Source: Lytechinus pictus (taxonomy: Eukaryota). From it: a stretch of 64,000 nt of DNA. The position numbers and the translations under genes were made by a program. Below are positions 26,271-38,199 of this stretch, one piece after another. The DNA lies in NCBI RefSeq assembly GCF_037042905.1, contig NC_087250.1:21454001-21518000 (forward strand). The letters run 5' to 3'. The number at the start of each line of letters is the position of its first letter. Position 1 is the first letter of the stretch. The notes beneath the pieces are model-generated. The model saw nothing but the letters and a program-made list of their open reading frames with translations, did no database searches and had not been told where the DNA came from.

Positions 26271-28054
26271 TATTGGAAATCCAACAGTTTTCGCAGCCTC
26301 CTTTGTAATAATGTGCGGCGGGCACAATAGACAACCACTGACCATGAAAACGAAGCAAACTCACACTAGGGTAGTTACAAAATCACATAATGTAGTTGAA
26401 ATTGACCAGTCATTCGACAATTGATTATTTAAAACGACGCTGCTCCTCTTCATGTAGCAAAATCTCAGAAGAAAATACTCTACAGGCTACGAAATATAAG
26501 ATCTCCCTGTTCGATTCTCGAATTAAAGTAAGGCGCGGAGAAAAATGAGGATTTTTGTTGATAAACTAAATGGTGCACACCCAATTTGCTCCTCATTCTA
26601 TCATGTGACCTCATTCACAGTGATCACTCAACCAATCAAAATTGATTGCAACGTTTTCGTAACCAAATATGGTCGATTCATTTCGCAGATTATTTTATGA
26701 CACCATGGTAAATAAACGCCCCCTATTATTAAAATCAGGGAATATACATGTATCATCCCGTGATGTTAAACAAACATCTAGAATGATAAATGTAATATAA
26801 ATTATACCCGTTAACGCAGGGATAGATTTGCACCCGAACTTCCTACGATAATCATGATAATGCACACCTTGTTAAAGTAAACAAAAAGTAAAATAAAAGT
26901 AGACATATAATTTCAAAGTATTTAAGGCACCCCTCCCCATCCTTCATGAAAGGAGCTATAGTATCCAACTCAATTGTTTCTTTAACATGAAACAAGGGTT
27001 TAGATAAATCACGGCGACACCACGAACTGTCAATGAAAGAGATTAAAAAATATCACTCTTTCCCTCGATCCCATCTTGGGGATTTTTCTTTATTTTCGAT
27101 TTTTTTTTTTTTTTTTGCCCTTACTTTTTTCTTACAAGAAAGGGCATTTTATCCTATTTTGCCCCTCTCCTAAGAAATCTTGGATCAGCCACTGCGGCAC
27201 ACCCAAACCAACTCCTATCCCCCTCCCCAACCCGAAAGTGAGAAACCCTTACATACCCTCAAAATATGTTGTATTGGTTACAAGAACAATTACAGCTGTC
27301 GTTTTATTCTAATATCTCTGACTTCGACAATATAAATTCAGCAGAATAAGCTTTCATTTGCAAACATCAAGTCACAAATCGCGTGCTTTACAGAGTTGGG
27401 TAAATATACTGATTATTGTATAAATAGCAATACGGTTATAAACTGTTTAAAGTTCGTGAAAATTGTCCCAATTAAGATTTTTTGATGACAGATAAGGAAC
27501 AAGCGGTTAAAAAGAAAATGCAATCTCAGCAGACCAATATCTATCATTTTTTATTGCCTTGTAATATTTTTTGGGGGAATTATTTTCTTTTGACGAAAGG
27601 AAAACTTGCAAAATGTATGGTAAAGCCTGTTATTTCCTTAACTATTTGTGAATAAATAAATGATCCCTCGACTTGCCCCTTGAGAATCTGCATCAATAAA
27701 TATATGTGGGAATGTCGTGGCCTAGTGGTTAAGACTCTCGTCTTTGGATCGATTCCAGCCATCGTGTGCTTTCCTTCAACAAGAATTTTTTTTCCACATT
27801 GTATTGTACTCAACCCGGGTGGGTGTTTCATGAAGTTGTTTGCAAGTAAAGAGCGACTTTAAGTAAAACCGGTGAAGCTTTCTTCCGTGCAAAATAATAA
27901 TCAATGAAGATATCTCATGGTGAATATCACTTACCACAATGAAGAACCACCAACCGTCCTTAAAAAGTAACTATTAACTTACGGACAGTTAAGTGAAACG
28001 GCCCCCTGGTTAGGTAAATGGGTACCGACAGGAAGTACTTCCCCAAAAAAGCTG

Positions 28055-29210
28055 CACTGTAAAAAATGAAGTGCCAACTTAGCACTTGAAGTGCTTATAC
28101 AGTGCATATCAAAAAAAGTTTACACTTTGAAAAAGCTCTGAGAATTAAAAAATATACAACATGAGGGTAATTTTTTCACATATAATCTTGGGTTTGGGTC
28201 TCATCTATCCAATGAAAGTAAAATTTTTGATAGAATATTACACTTGAGTGAGCACTGTCCATTTTTGTAAAGCTCGCAGAAATCAGTTTGCGCAGAAATG
28301 CTTGTTTTCACGCTGTGTCAAGGAGAAAGGGCGAAATCAAACTTACCCTGCGAAACGTTTCTCACACATTTCCCTTGCACTTTTAGTCAATTGAAATAAA
28401 CCGGATAAATTCAAGCATTTTGTAACAATTTCGCCATCCAAATTGAAATTTTAAAACTTAGAGAGCACAACCTTTACCCTTTTTGTGCCAGCTGGATCTG
28501 AGGACATAACTAAATCTGAACAAAGGTTTATATCAGACATCTCCAGCAGTTTTTCACTTAGTTTGTATCATTTAAAGTGGGTTTACATTACATTTTTCAT
28601 TTAATACTTGTTTCTCCACACTTTTCCCAAGCTTGACAATGATTAAACAAAATGAAAATCAAGCCTAAGCCATTTCATGTAAATCACAGTTCAGTGTAAA
28701 GCAAAATATCGTCACGATGGCCTCGGTGTGTGGGGGAGTGGGGTAGGGCGCAATGCACTCTTCGAAGTGTTTTGGGCAAGGAAACAAGGTAAAAAGGTAA
28801 AAGATATCTTCAAATCAGTTTTACTAGCTAAATTCCATGTGTTCTTCATGATTAAGGTCTACTTTTATTCGCATAAATATTTCAAAGTTCTGCGCAAATC
28901 ATTTTTCACTAACTTTTCAAAAGTAAGTGGTGCTCACTCGAGCGGAAATATTTTTCGACAGTTATATCGTCATTTGCTTAAATGGATCTGTACCAATGTG
29001 AAAATGTGGAAAAATCTTCAGAATATTACAAATGTATAATTTTACAGGACTTTTTCTAAGTGTAAACTTTTTTTTGATACGCACTGTATAGTGACTGCAC
29101 TTCGAGTGTTGATTTTCTAGTTTAAATTAGAACTAGAAAATCAGCACTGGTAGTGCAACCATTATAAAAACACTGGAAGTGATAAATTTGCTCTTTATTT
29201 TTTTACAGCG
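28055..29210. mobile_element. CACTA/EnSpm-like MITE, 2-bp TSD TG, inserted in a SINE
   Basis: TG|CACTGTAAAAAA ... TTTTTTACAGCG|TG; empty site at 23285-23300. Confidence 0.75.
28100..29086. mobile_element. Tc1-like MITE, TA TSD, nested in the CACTA-like MITE
   Basis: TIR CAGTGCATATCAAAAAAAGTTTACACTT / AAGTGTAAACTTTTTTTTGATACGCACTG. Confidence 0.85.
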
Positions 29211-29914
29211 TGTGAGCACCGAAATCGATAGACTAGGTTAGCATGGTTAATGTGAATACATGCGCTACATAAATCCTATATTTTATACATTTGGGGGAAA
29301 AATTAAGAGGAGGTGCTTGTCTGGAAAAAAAATGACATTTTGGTTTTAAAAAAAGAAATACAAGAAAAAAATTAAATGATTTTATTCATAAAGAAAGTAG
29401 CAAGCAAAACATATAACAGTGAATTTGAAAAGTAAACAAATTTAAAAAAAAGGCCATGAGTGTATAATGGTTCAAAAATTTCCCCATCAGAAGAATGTGT
29501 AATCGACAGGAATTGAGCAGGATCATGTATCATGAAGTCTTTTTATATTAACAAAAAAAGAAACAATTCAAAATATGTATACTATCAAACAATCAAATGG
29601 AATGATTTAAATAGCTTTACACCATCATAACTTTGAAAGTGTATGGATCTGATTAACAAAACTTGGACATAAGAGTAATCAAGTGTCACTGACAAGTCTT
29701 TGGTGACATGATCAAGGTCAAAATGTCGTTTAATGAGGATATGATTTAAAAAAAAAGAATTTCAGCAAGGGTCCATTTTCATTGTGCAATCCTTCAATGT
29801 GTTTCTGTTTTGCAATGTTAAAGGTCAAGTCCACCCCAGAAAAATGTTGATTTGAATAAATAGGGAAAATTCAAGCTAGCATAATGCTGGAAATTTCATC
29901 AAGATATACATGTA

Positions 29915-30170
29915 GATGCCTTCTCTGCATCCGCAAAATGCATACTAAGGAAGCATGAAGAAGAAGATCCCAGTGAGTGTCAGAGCCAGGCACAGCATAA
30001 TTGCTTCACGCCACTGCTCACAGGAATTGAGGGAAGCTACCAGATGTTCCAGCATTGTAGCAAACTGTGCTCATGTAATGATGTGACCATGAATCAGTCT
30101 TGGGGAGCCTATCTTCTACAGGAGGCTAAAAAGTGCACTCGTGCTGACCAAGTCAAAGGCTTTTGTCAGG
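29915..30170 (-). pseudogene. Degenerate RTE-clade reverse transcriptase fragment
   Basis: Minus strand reads LTKAFDLVS and, after a frameshift, GVKQ...LTLTGIFFFML, matching RTE RT motifs DLTKAFD and GVKQGCVLAPTLF. Confidence 0.6.
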
Positions 30171-30529
30171 ACGAAAAGTCCAATGATTATTATAAAGGAA
30201 GGTAATAAGTTAACAAATTTTCTGAAAAATACGGATTTATCACTTTTTAATAAAAAATAATACTTTTAAGTCCTTTCAATATAAAAATATGGCTGGACAT
30301 AAAAAAAATGATGAGAACTCCCGAAATGGGTCATAGCCCAAACCTTGAATGGTTTCATTCTAAGGTGAGCGGTTAATGCCGAAATATATCAACCATCTGA
30401 CCATCTGAGACCTGACTTGACCACTAAAAGTGGAGAAATTAAAAGAAATGAATCATTCTTACTGAAATACCCTTCCATGAGCTCCTACATATAATAGTAA
30501 CCCTCTTTAGACAGCGTGTACTTTTTGGG

Positions 30530-31225
30530 GAGAGTATCTTCAAGGTTCAAAGTTCAATAGTCTCGGGAAGTAGTTTTTTTTTAATATGGCGTTTAGCGGC
30601 CATCTTTTTTTTAACAGAATGATCCTATATATATTGCAAAATTATTACCAGAAATGGAATCAACATATCAAATAACTCACGAAAAGAGGTATTATTCATG
30701 ATTCTTGGACAAAGGGTTCAAAAGTTTTTTTTCAAAATGGCGTCATCTGGCGGCCATCTTGGATTTGACCTGAATATGACATTATATTGCAAAATAGATA
30801 GCGGAAAGAGATTCTACACACCCCAAAACCCCTAAACAGAGGTATTACTCGTCATTCTGGGGCTAAGAGATCAAAAGTCAATTTTTCAAGATGGCATCTG
30901 GCGGCCATCTTGGATTTGACCTGAAGATGACCTTATATTGCAAACATTATAAAAGAAATCGATTCTACATCCCCCTAAAACTCTAAAAGGAGTCTTTACT
31001 CATCATTTGGGGGCAAGTGGTTCAAAAATTAAGTCTTTAAGATGGCATCTGGCGGCCGTTTTGGATTTATGCAAATTAGCAAAATTGTCCAAACGGCAAC
31101 TTTGGGCAACCAAGCTGAATTTGGTCTAGGACCCCATAGGAACACGTTTCAAGAAAAAATCTTCATCGGAAAGAACATTTCTAGGTTGGTGTATTGAGCC
31201 TATGGGACTGTCAAATCGACTAATA
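30530..31225. repeat. ~152-bp tandem repeat (4 units) with paired ATGGC / GCGGCCATCTT motifs; probably inside a rolling-circle-type element
   Basis: Motif clusters at about 30583, 30735, 30888 and 31039; CCCATAGG / CCTATGGG inverted pair near the end. Confidence 0.65.
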
Positions 31226-31883
31226 CTTATATGAAAACCAAATGAGACAGTTAAGTAAATAATATTTCGATATTTGATTATCTTTGCACTTTCTTTACAA
31301 TCCATCTTGACGAAAGTCTGAATATTCTAATAAAATTGATTAAAGTCATAATTATTATAGTATATTTAAACATAAAGGGGGTATAAGTTTTATGATTGCT
31401 GACGGCATCGCCGTACGCGGTTAATTGGTAGATTTTTTCCAATAAAGTCCACTCAGACCAGCGTTTATTAAGTCTGAAGTTGTCAAACCGGTCGTTAAGC
31501 ACGAGTCACATCGCTCTTACCATAGTAGCAACTACAATTTTGCACACGAAGTGCACGTCTAACGTTCCCGTCGTGGTGGCGAAAACTCCCTACTCAGACG
31601 ATGTACAATCATAATTAGTGATCTCGATATTCAAGTGTGCATAACCTTTTCATTAATTGTCAAGCGTACTAAAACTTTTTTTCCTCCTTTTTTTAAAGAG
31701 CTAACATGCTCTAACAGTCTAATGGTTTCATTCACCTGTAGCGCACTAGGGTTTCTTTTGACTCCTGTGGATTGCGGATGAATTGTTATTATTCTATTAT
31801 CTTATTTAGATTATAAGCAACACGATTCACAACATACCACTCAATTAAGAATTAGAGTAGTTATTATTCCATAGCTATATATA

Positions 31884-32934
31884 CAGCGCGTCCCAAAAAA
31901 AATGTCCCTGTTATATGGGGCTAAATTACTTCAAAAAATAAAAATTATTCTCCATGAAATGTGGTTAACTAGGAAGCTCATCTCATGTTCTAACTTCTAT
32001 AAAAATTTCATTGGTCTCAGATCAGTGGTTTTGAATACACAGTCTATTATGTAAAAGTGGTGCTTTTCAGCCCATTCCAAGTTTGCATGCATGCAGCACT
32101 ACTGTATGTTCTGCACTTTCTAGCATATCAACCCCCTTTGACCATTCTGACCAAGGAATTCCCTTATCTGACCAGGGAAATCTCCATAATCTAACCAGGC
32201 TCATCAAATCACAACTTTGAGCATGTTTAGAAGGGCAAAAACAATATTTGACAGCTCATTTCATGTTTGAAAATGGGAGATGCACAATGATTAAGACAAC
32301 GGGTCATGTTTGTTTCATGCCTAATTCATGCCTAATACTGCATTTTTTTTTGTTTTTATTGGGTTTTTTTAGTTAATAAGCTACTGTGGTCAAGTTAATT
32401 CAATGTACATGTAACTTTAAAAAGAAAAAAAGTCAATTTTTTCTCTGGTAAAGTTCCTTTTTCGCAAAGGGTGTTTAACTTGCGGATTCCCCTTTATTTT
32501 TGAGCTTATTTTACTCATCCATCATTCACATTTTCTTTCAAGTTGGTGCACTGTTTCCCCTTATCAATCATCAAAAAACTTTATTTTTTTTATATTTCTT
32601 GCCCTTCTGAACATGCCCAAGTTTATAATTTGATGAGCCTGGATATGATTAGGGAAATGTCCCTGCTCAGATCCTGGATGTAAAAATGGGGGTTAACATG
32701 CCATAGACAATGCAGATATGCATCAATGCTGCAAACTTGGAATGGGCTAAAATGCACCACTGTTACGTAACAGAGTGTGTATTAAAAACCGCTGAAGCGA
32801 GACCAATGAAATTTTCATAGAAGTTAGATCATGACATAAGCTTTCTACTCATGAACATTTATTTGAGAATACTACCACATTTTAGAATTAATTCAGTCCT
32901 ATGTCACAGGGACATTTTTTTTTGGGACGCGCTG
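31884..32934. mobile_element. Tc1/mariner-like MITE with long imperfect inverted arms, TA TSD
   Basis: TA|CAGCGCGTCCCAAAAAAAATGTCCCTG ... CAGGGACATTTTTTTTTGGGACGCGCTG|TA. Confidence 0.9.
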
Positions 32935-32993
32935 TATATATATATATTTGTGTGTGTGAGGGTGTGTGTATGTATATATATACACACACACAA

Positions 32994-33042
<49 letters not shown>

Positions 33043-33058
33043 CCTATATATATATGTT

Positions 33059-33146
<88 letters not shown>
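32935..33146 (+). repeat. (TA)n/(TG)n compound microsatellite
   Basis: Direct dinucleotide repeats. Confidence 0.95.
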
Positions 33147-33148
<2 letters not shown>

Positions 33149-33194
33149 GTTATACATGTACAACAGCTTTGGCAACTCTTTTTATTTTAAATAT

Positions 33195-33829
33195 TGTAAA
33201 GAAATGAATGAAGAGAACAATGGTTGGCGTAGCTTAAATCAAGGTTCCCCAGAGCTATCTACCCTTTGGAAAAATTGGTGATGCCGAAACCACTAGACCA
33301 CAGAGGTATGATGTAGTCTGCAGGCACAGACCCTCATTGGAACTTTGATCAACAAGTGTGCCTCCACGCAAAGACTAGCACATACAAAACTTGCTGTTCC
33401 AATACAGCAATTCGCGAGAGAGCCTTCAGTACACAAGGCATGAGTAGGCTCCACATTCAGACCCTTAACTCGAGCGAAGGGTTTGCCCAGCAGACTAGGT
33501 ATGATGTACGGTATACGTGTACTGTATCAAAGCAATAGCTTTGATCCAGCTGAGGCATGGCGGCTTGTCATTGTTCAAAACCCACCTTCACCCGACAAAG
33601 GAAATTATAATTGGTAGAGTGTCGAAAATCTGTCTATCTGACGGTCAATCGGATCGGGGTCGCCCTAGCCACTAACCCGTCTCTGTGGTCTAGTGGCTAA
33701 GGCACCGGCGTTCAAAGCTGGGGTCCCGGGTTCGATTCCCGGCAGAGACATTTTTTCGGCATCACCAATTTTTCCAAAGGGTTGATTTAAGCTACGCCTA
33801 CCATTGTTCTCTTCATTCATTTATTTACA
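33195..33829. mobile_element. Non-autonomous DNA transposon with TGT...ACA termini and 4-bp TSD ATAT (Ginger-like), with a tRNA-like gene in its right arm
   Basis: ATAT|TGTAAAGAAATGAATGAAGAGAACAATGG ... CCATTGTTCTCTTCATTCATTTATTTACA|ATAT; arms match over 75-110 bp. Confidence 0.8.
33679..33750 (+). tRNA. tRNA-like gene, 72 nt, anticodon TCA (33712-33714), short variable loop; possible opal suppressor or transposon-borne pseudo-tRNA
   Basis: Acceptor GTCTCTG/CAGAGAC, D stem GTCT/AGGC, anticodon stem CCGGC/GCTGG with loop GTTCAAA, T stem CCGGG/CCCGG with loop TTCGATT, discriminator A, then TTTTTT. Confidence 0.7.
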
Positions 33830-33942
33830 ATATATATATATATATTTATTGCGCAGAGTAGGCCTAGATGTTTTACACATCGTTTCGGCCTCGTAATCAT
33901 TAAAGGGGGAACAAACATGCACGATACGAGGCTGTGATAATT

Positions 33943-34574
33943 GGCAGATGCATAAAAGTAGCAATTGCTGGCAAGCAATTGCTTCAAGCGCAAGTAAACG
34001 ATCATGTTTCAGCAAATTACCGCTTGGTGTCAAACTACCTTGTTTCTTTTTGATAATTCTATATATTTAACATTTAATTTGCACTTATTATTTAAATGTT
34101 ATGAATTATTATGTATGATTTATTATGTTTATTGTCATGTTCCAAATGTAGACTGCATTGTTCATGTTAAATTTTTACAATGTGTTGTATATCATTTTTC
34201 ACGGCATGTAAACAAGAAGAATTTCCAATTATGGACAATAAATAAATACTTATACTTATTAAACATGTACATGTAGGCTACGGTATATCTTGATGTTCTC
34301 TCTTAAACATGATTAAAAAACGTGAACGCCCTGATCAAGCAAAAGCTGAAGCTATCCTGACCGTGCTTGAAAAAAACCCAAGCAAGTGCTTAAACACGCA
34401 AGCGAGATGTTTGATTTTAGCAATAGATTAATCGTCAAGGAGATGCTAGCAGTCAGCGATTTCTTGAACTTACTGGCAAAAGCATATGCTCGCTCATGTT
34501 TATGCATACGAAACAAATCAAAAGCAAGGCAAAAGCCTAGAAAAAGCAATTGCTACTTTTTATGCATCTGACCC
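33943..34574. mobile_element. Harbinger-like MITE with an inserted AT-rich retroposon tail (about 34040-34265)
   Basis: TIR CAGATGCATAAAAGTAGCAATTGC / GCAATTGCTACTTTTTATGCATCTG. Confidence 0.7.
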
Positions 34575-34791
34575 AATGTATCGTAATTTTTTTTTTCTTT
34601 CTTTTGCCTTCAATGCATGTTGTCACGGTTCGGCGTTTCATCATATCGTAATTTCGTTATTGGCCTAACAATGTTTTTTTACGAATTTAGTTGCGTTGTA
34701 GCGTGAGGGCTTTTTGAATGAAATCAAAGGAAAGCTATTTTTCCTTCAATTTATCAGAAGCAAAATGAAACTGCACCCTTCTTACTTCTCG

Positions 34792-35578
34792 TTTTTGTCT
34801 CGCCTGCATAGCAGAGTGAGACTATAGGCGCCGCTTTTCCGACGGCGGCGGCGTCAACACCAAATCTTAACCGAAGGTTAAGTTTTTGAAATGACAACAT
34901 AACTTAGAAAGCATATGGACCTAGTTCATGAAACTTGGCCATAGGGTTGATCAAATATTACTGAACATCCTGCCTGAGTTTCATGTCACATGACCAAGGT
35001 CAGAGGTCATTAAGGGTCAATGATCTTAGACCATGTTGGGGGAATCAACATCAAAATCTTAACCTAAGGTTAAGTTTTGTAAATGTCATCATAACTTGGG
35101 AAATATATACACCTAGTTCATGATACTTAGACATAAGGTTAATCAAGTATCACTGAACATCCTGCACGAGTTACACATCATATGACTAAGGTCAAAGGTC
35201 ATTTAGGGTCAATGAACTTTGGCCGAATTGGGGATATCTGTTGAATTACCATCATAACTTTGAAAGTATATTGGTCTAGTTCATAAAACTTGGACATAAG
35301 AGTAATCAAGAATCACTGAACATCCCGTGCGAGTTTTAGGTCACATGTTCAAGTTCAAAGGTCATGTAAGGTCAATGAACTTTGGCCATGTTGGGGGTAT
35401 TTGTTGAATTACCATCATATCTCTGTAAGTGTATTGGTCTCGTTCATAAAACGTGTACATAAGAGTAACCAAGTATCACTGAACATCTTGTGCAAGTTAT
35501 AGTAGTTTTCAAAGTCAGCACTGCTGCTATATTGAATCGTGTGATGCAGGTGAGACCGCCAGAGGCATTCCACTTGTT
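34792..35578 (+). mobile_element. Non-autonomous Helentron-type (HINE/DINE-like) element with ~163-bp internal tandem repeats, copy 1
   Basis: 5' TTTTTGTCTCGCCTGCAT, 3' inverted ATGCAGGTGAGAC, small hairpin GCCAGAGGC, end ACTTGTT; flanked by T runs. Confidence 0.8.
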
Positions 35579-35818
35579 TAATAACATTCCTTTCTATCTG
35601 GCTGGTTCTTTTGATCCAAAGCTTTACCAGGTTTACCGATGAAAAGGAGAAAGAGTAAGATGAGAGAAGTGGAGAGACAGATACAGATTTGGGGGTGGGG
35701 AAAACACATGGAATATTGAGGGGAAAGCTTAGGCACGAACGATTAGGGTTACATGTCTGTCCTTATTTGTATGGCGTCTGTATAATTATATTTTAATATT
35801 TAAATGACAATAAGCATG

Positions 35819-38199
35819 CATGGGTGTCGATCGGTATTCTTGGTTGGGGGGGATGATTGACACAAATGTTTTTGTGGATGGGGATCTTTCAACATTACCC
35901 CCACTAAAATCACAAGTTAGGACATTTGGGAGTGGTTGATATGCATGGTGTTTTTGCAGTGGTGTACTGTGAGTCACGGCATTGGGGGGGCACCAGCAAA
36001 ATGTTTGAGTCACTTAGTGAGCGCGCGAAGCGCGCTCAGTTGCCAGGTATACTGACCTAATAGGGACATTTTAAGGACAGTGCCATTAAACGGATATGTA
36101 TCTCACTGCTCAAATAATGCGAGCGCGAAGCGCGAGCTGAACATTTTTTATATGCAGACAAAAAAAAGGACATTATAAGCAAATTTTTGTAATCATGATA
36201 CATACCTGTCTCGCTAAACAAACAATGCGAGCGCGAAGCGCAAGCTGAAATTTTTGCAAATATTGACCCCAAACAAGGACATGTTAAGGACTATATTTTA
36301 GGAATCCATTAAGACTATACATATCTCACCATAGTCATCTAATGCGAGTGCAAAGCGCTTGCTGATTTTGCTACATCTAAACACATGAAGCACTTTTTGT
36401 AGTCATTGTAATCATGATAATACGCATCTCACTCATCAAATATTGCGAGCGCGAAGCGCGAGCTGAAAATTTAGGATATTCAGACCTGAAGAGAGACATT
36501 CTAAGGCCTGTTTGTAAGAATTCACTAAGACCATACGATACGTATTTCACTAAACAAATGATGCGAGTGCGAAGCGCGAGCTGAAAATTTTTGATATTCA
36601 GATCAGAAAAAGGGACATTTTAAGGACTGATTTTTAGGAATTCATGAAGAGCAGACATATCTCACCAATCTACTAGTGCGAACGTAAGCATGGACAGGAA
36701 ATGTTTTATACTAACATCTTAAAATGGGGCAATCACTTTAAGTAGTCATAAAAAAGAACCATATGTCACTACATAAAACAATAAGTCGAAGTGCGAGGAA
36801 ATATATTTGGTGTATATTGACTTAAAAACGTTAAACAGACAATGCGAGTACCGGGGACAATGAAGACATCTAGGCCTGAGCAAAATAAAGTTATGAAAAA
36901 ATGTTTCTTATGTATTATAACATAATATTATTATAATATAACATTATAATGAACAATAATTTCTTCATTTCCACTACGTTTCTCTTCCTTTCTCCTCTTC
37001 CCCGTTTTTTTTTTTGCCAGCCGATTGGGGGGGGGGGCACGTGCCCCCATGCCCCCCGTAGTTACGCCACTGTGTTCTTGGAAATTTTTTCATTGTTGCA
37101 GTGTACGGTACTTATATAATTTTTTTGAAAATTCAATTTGTGTTTCAAGTAAGCCTATTCTAAACTCATACGAAAGAAAAAATGACAAAAATTGTCTGGA
37201 CCATGTACAAAGTGATCTGTTTATTGAACATGATGTATACAACTTCTCTCTTAAATCTAACCCGACTGGCAATATCTTTTTTTCTTCTTAATGCATGATG
37301 ATAAAATGCAGATTCGGACAAATTAAGACCAGCACAAATTACAAACTGTGTGGCTTCTCGTGCGCCATCGGGCTTACCGTCATTCCTTAGACGATTTTAA
37401 CCCTGGATTTTAACATGTTTTAAATGCTTTATAAGTGCATGAAACAAAAACAAACATAAAAACAATCAAAACTCAACTGTCATGTTATGATGTTTCTCCA
37501 ACATTTTCTTGAACCATCAGTGTGTAATATCAGCTAATATATGTGTTAAAATGAAATTTACGTACCGCATGAGTGTGCTCATATAGAATGCAAAACTGTC
37601 ATCCCTTTCCAAACTCAAAAGAGATTTCTTTTTGCCAAAATGAGAAAAAATAAATCAAGTTTAGTTATTCAAGTCCATAACAATAACAACAATAACATGA
37701 AAAAAAAAACATCCGATGTTCATATCCGAAGATACGCTTTAGAGAGGAATGAATGATTATTCTTTCTGAAACCATAAATTGATTTCACTTATTAAAACAT
37801 TTTAAAAATATGATCATATTACCACTGGTGGGATGGAACACCCTATCAACAAAAGTTGTTTTTCGTCGGGGTCCTTTTATGTCATGTGTTAAAAAATATC
37901 ATATACATAAACATTTCATTCTTTTTCATTTTGAACCTCCACCCATCTGTTCAAAAGTCCTGGAAAGAATGTTTTTATTTAATAACAATATACACAAATT
38001 GCGAGGGAAAAAAACTGATTGATGGCATACTATAATCATCACTATAATCATCATGATCAAACTTTTCATTTTTTCATCATCATTATTATAAATTTTCTAC
38101 CCTAAATTATTGGGGGGGATGATAATACAGGCCATCCCCCCCACTTGAAATATTGGGGGGGATATATCCCCCCCATCCCCCCCGTGATCGACACCCATG
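35819..38199. mobile_element. hAT-like non-autonomous element, 8-bp TSD TAAGCATG
   Basis: Perfect 14-bp TIR CATGGGTGTCGATC / GATCGACACCCATG; TSD 35811-35818 and 38200-38207. Confidence 0.9.
35957..37072. mobile_element. Nested hAT-like element with GCGAGCGCGAAGCGCGAGC repeats; TSD TGTTTTTG/TGTTCTTG
   Basis: TIR CAGTGGTGTA / TACGCCACTG; 8-bp TSD with one mismatch. Confidence 0.8.

Noticed and set aside
31525..31600. ZNF143-type promoter motif (ACTACAATTTTGC)
   Set aside because: Only a partial match, and no associated exon could be found.
32851..33281. YI/CV-repeat ORFs
   Set aside because: (TA)n/(TG)n microsatellite.
33679..33750. Selenocysteine tRNA
   Set aside because: UCA anticodon, but 72 nt with a 4-nt variable loop and standard 7/5 stems.
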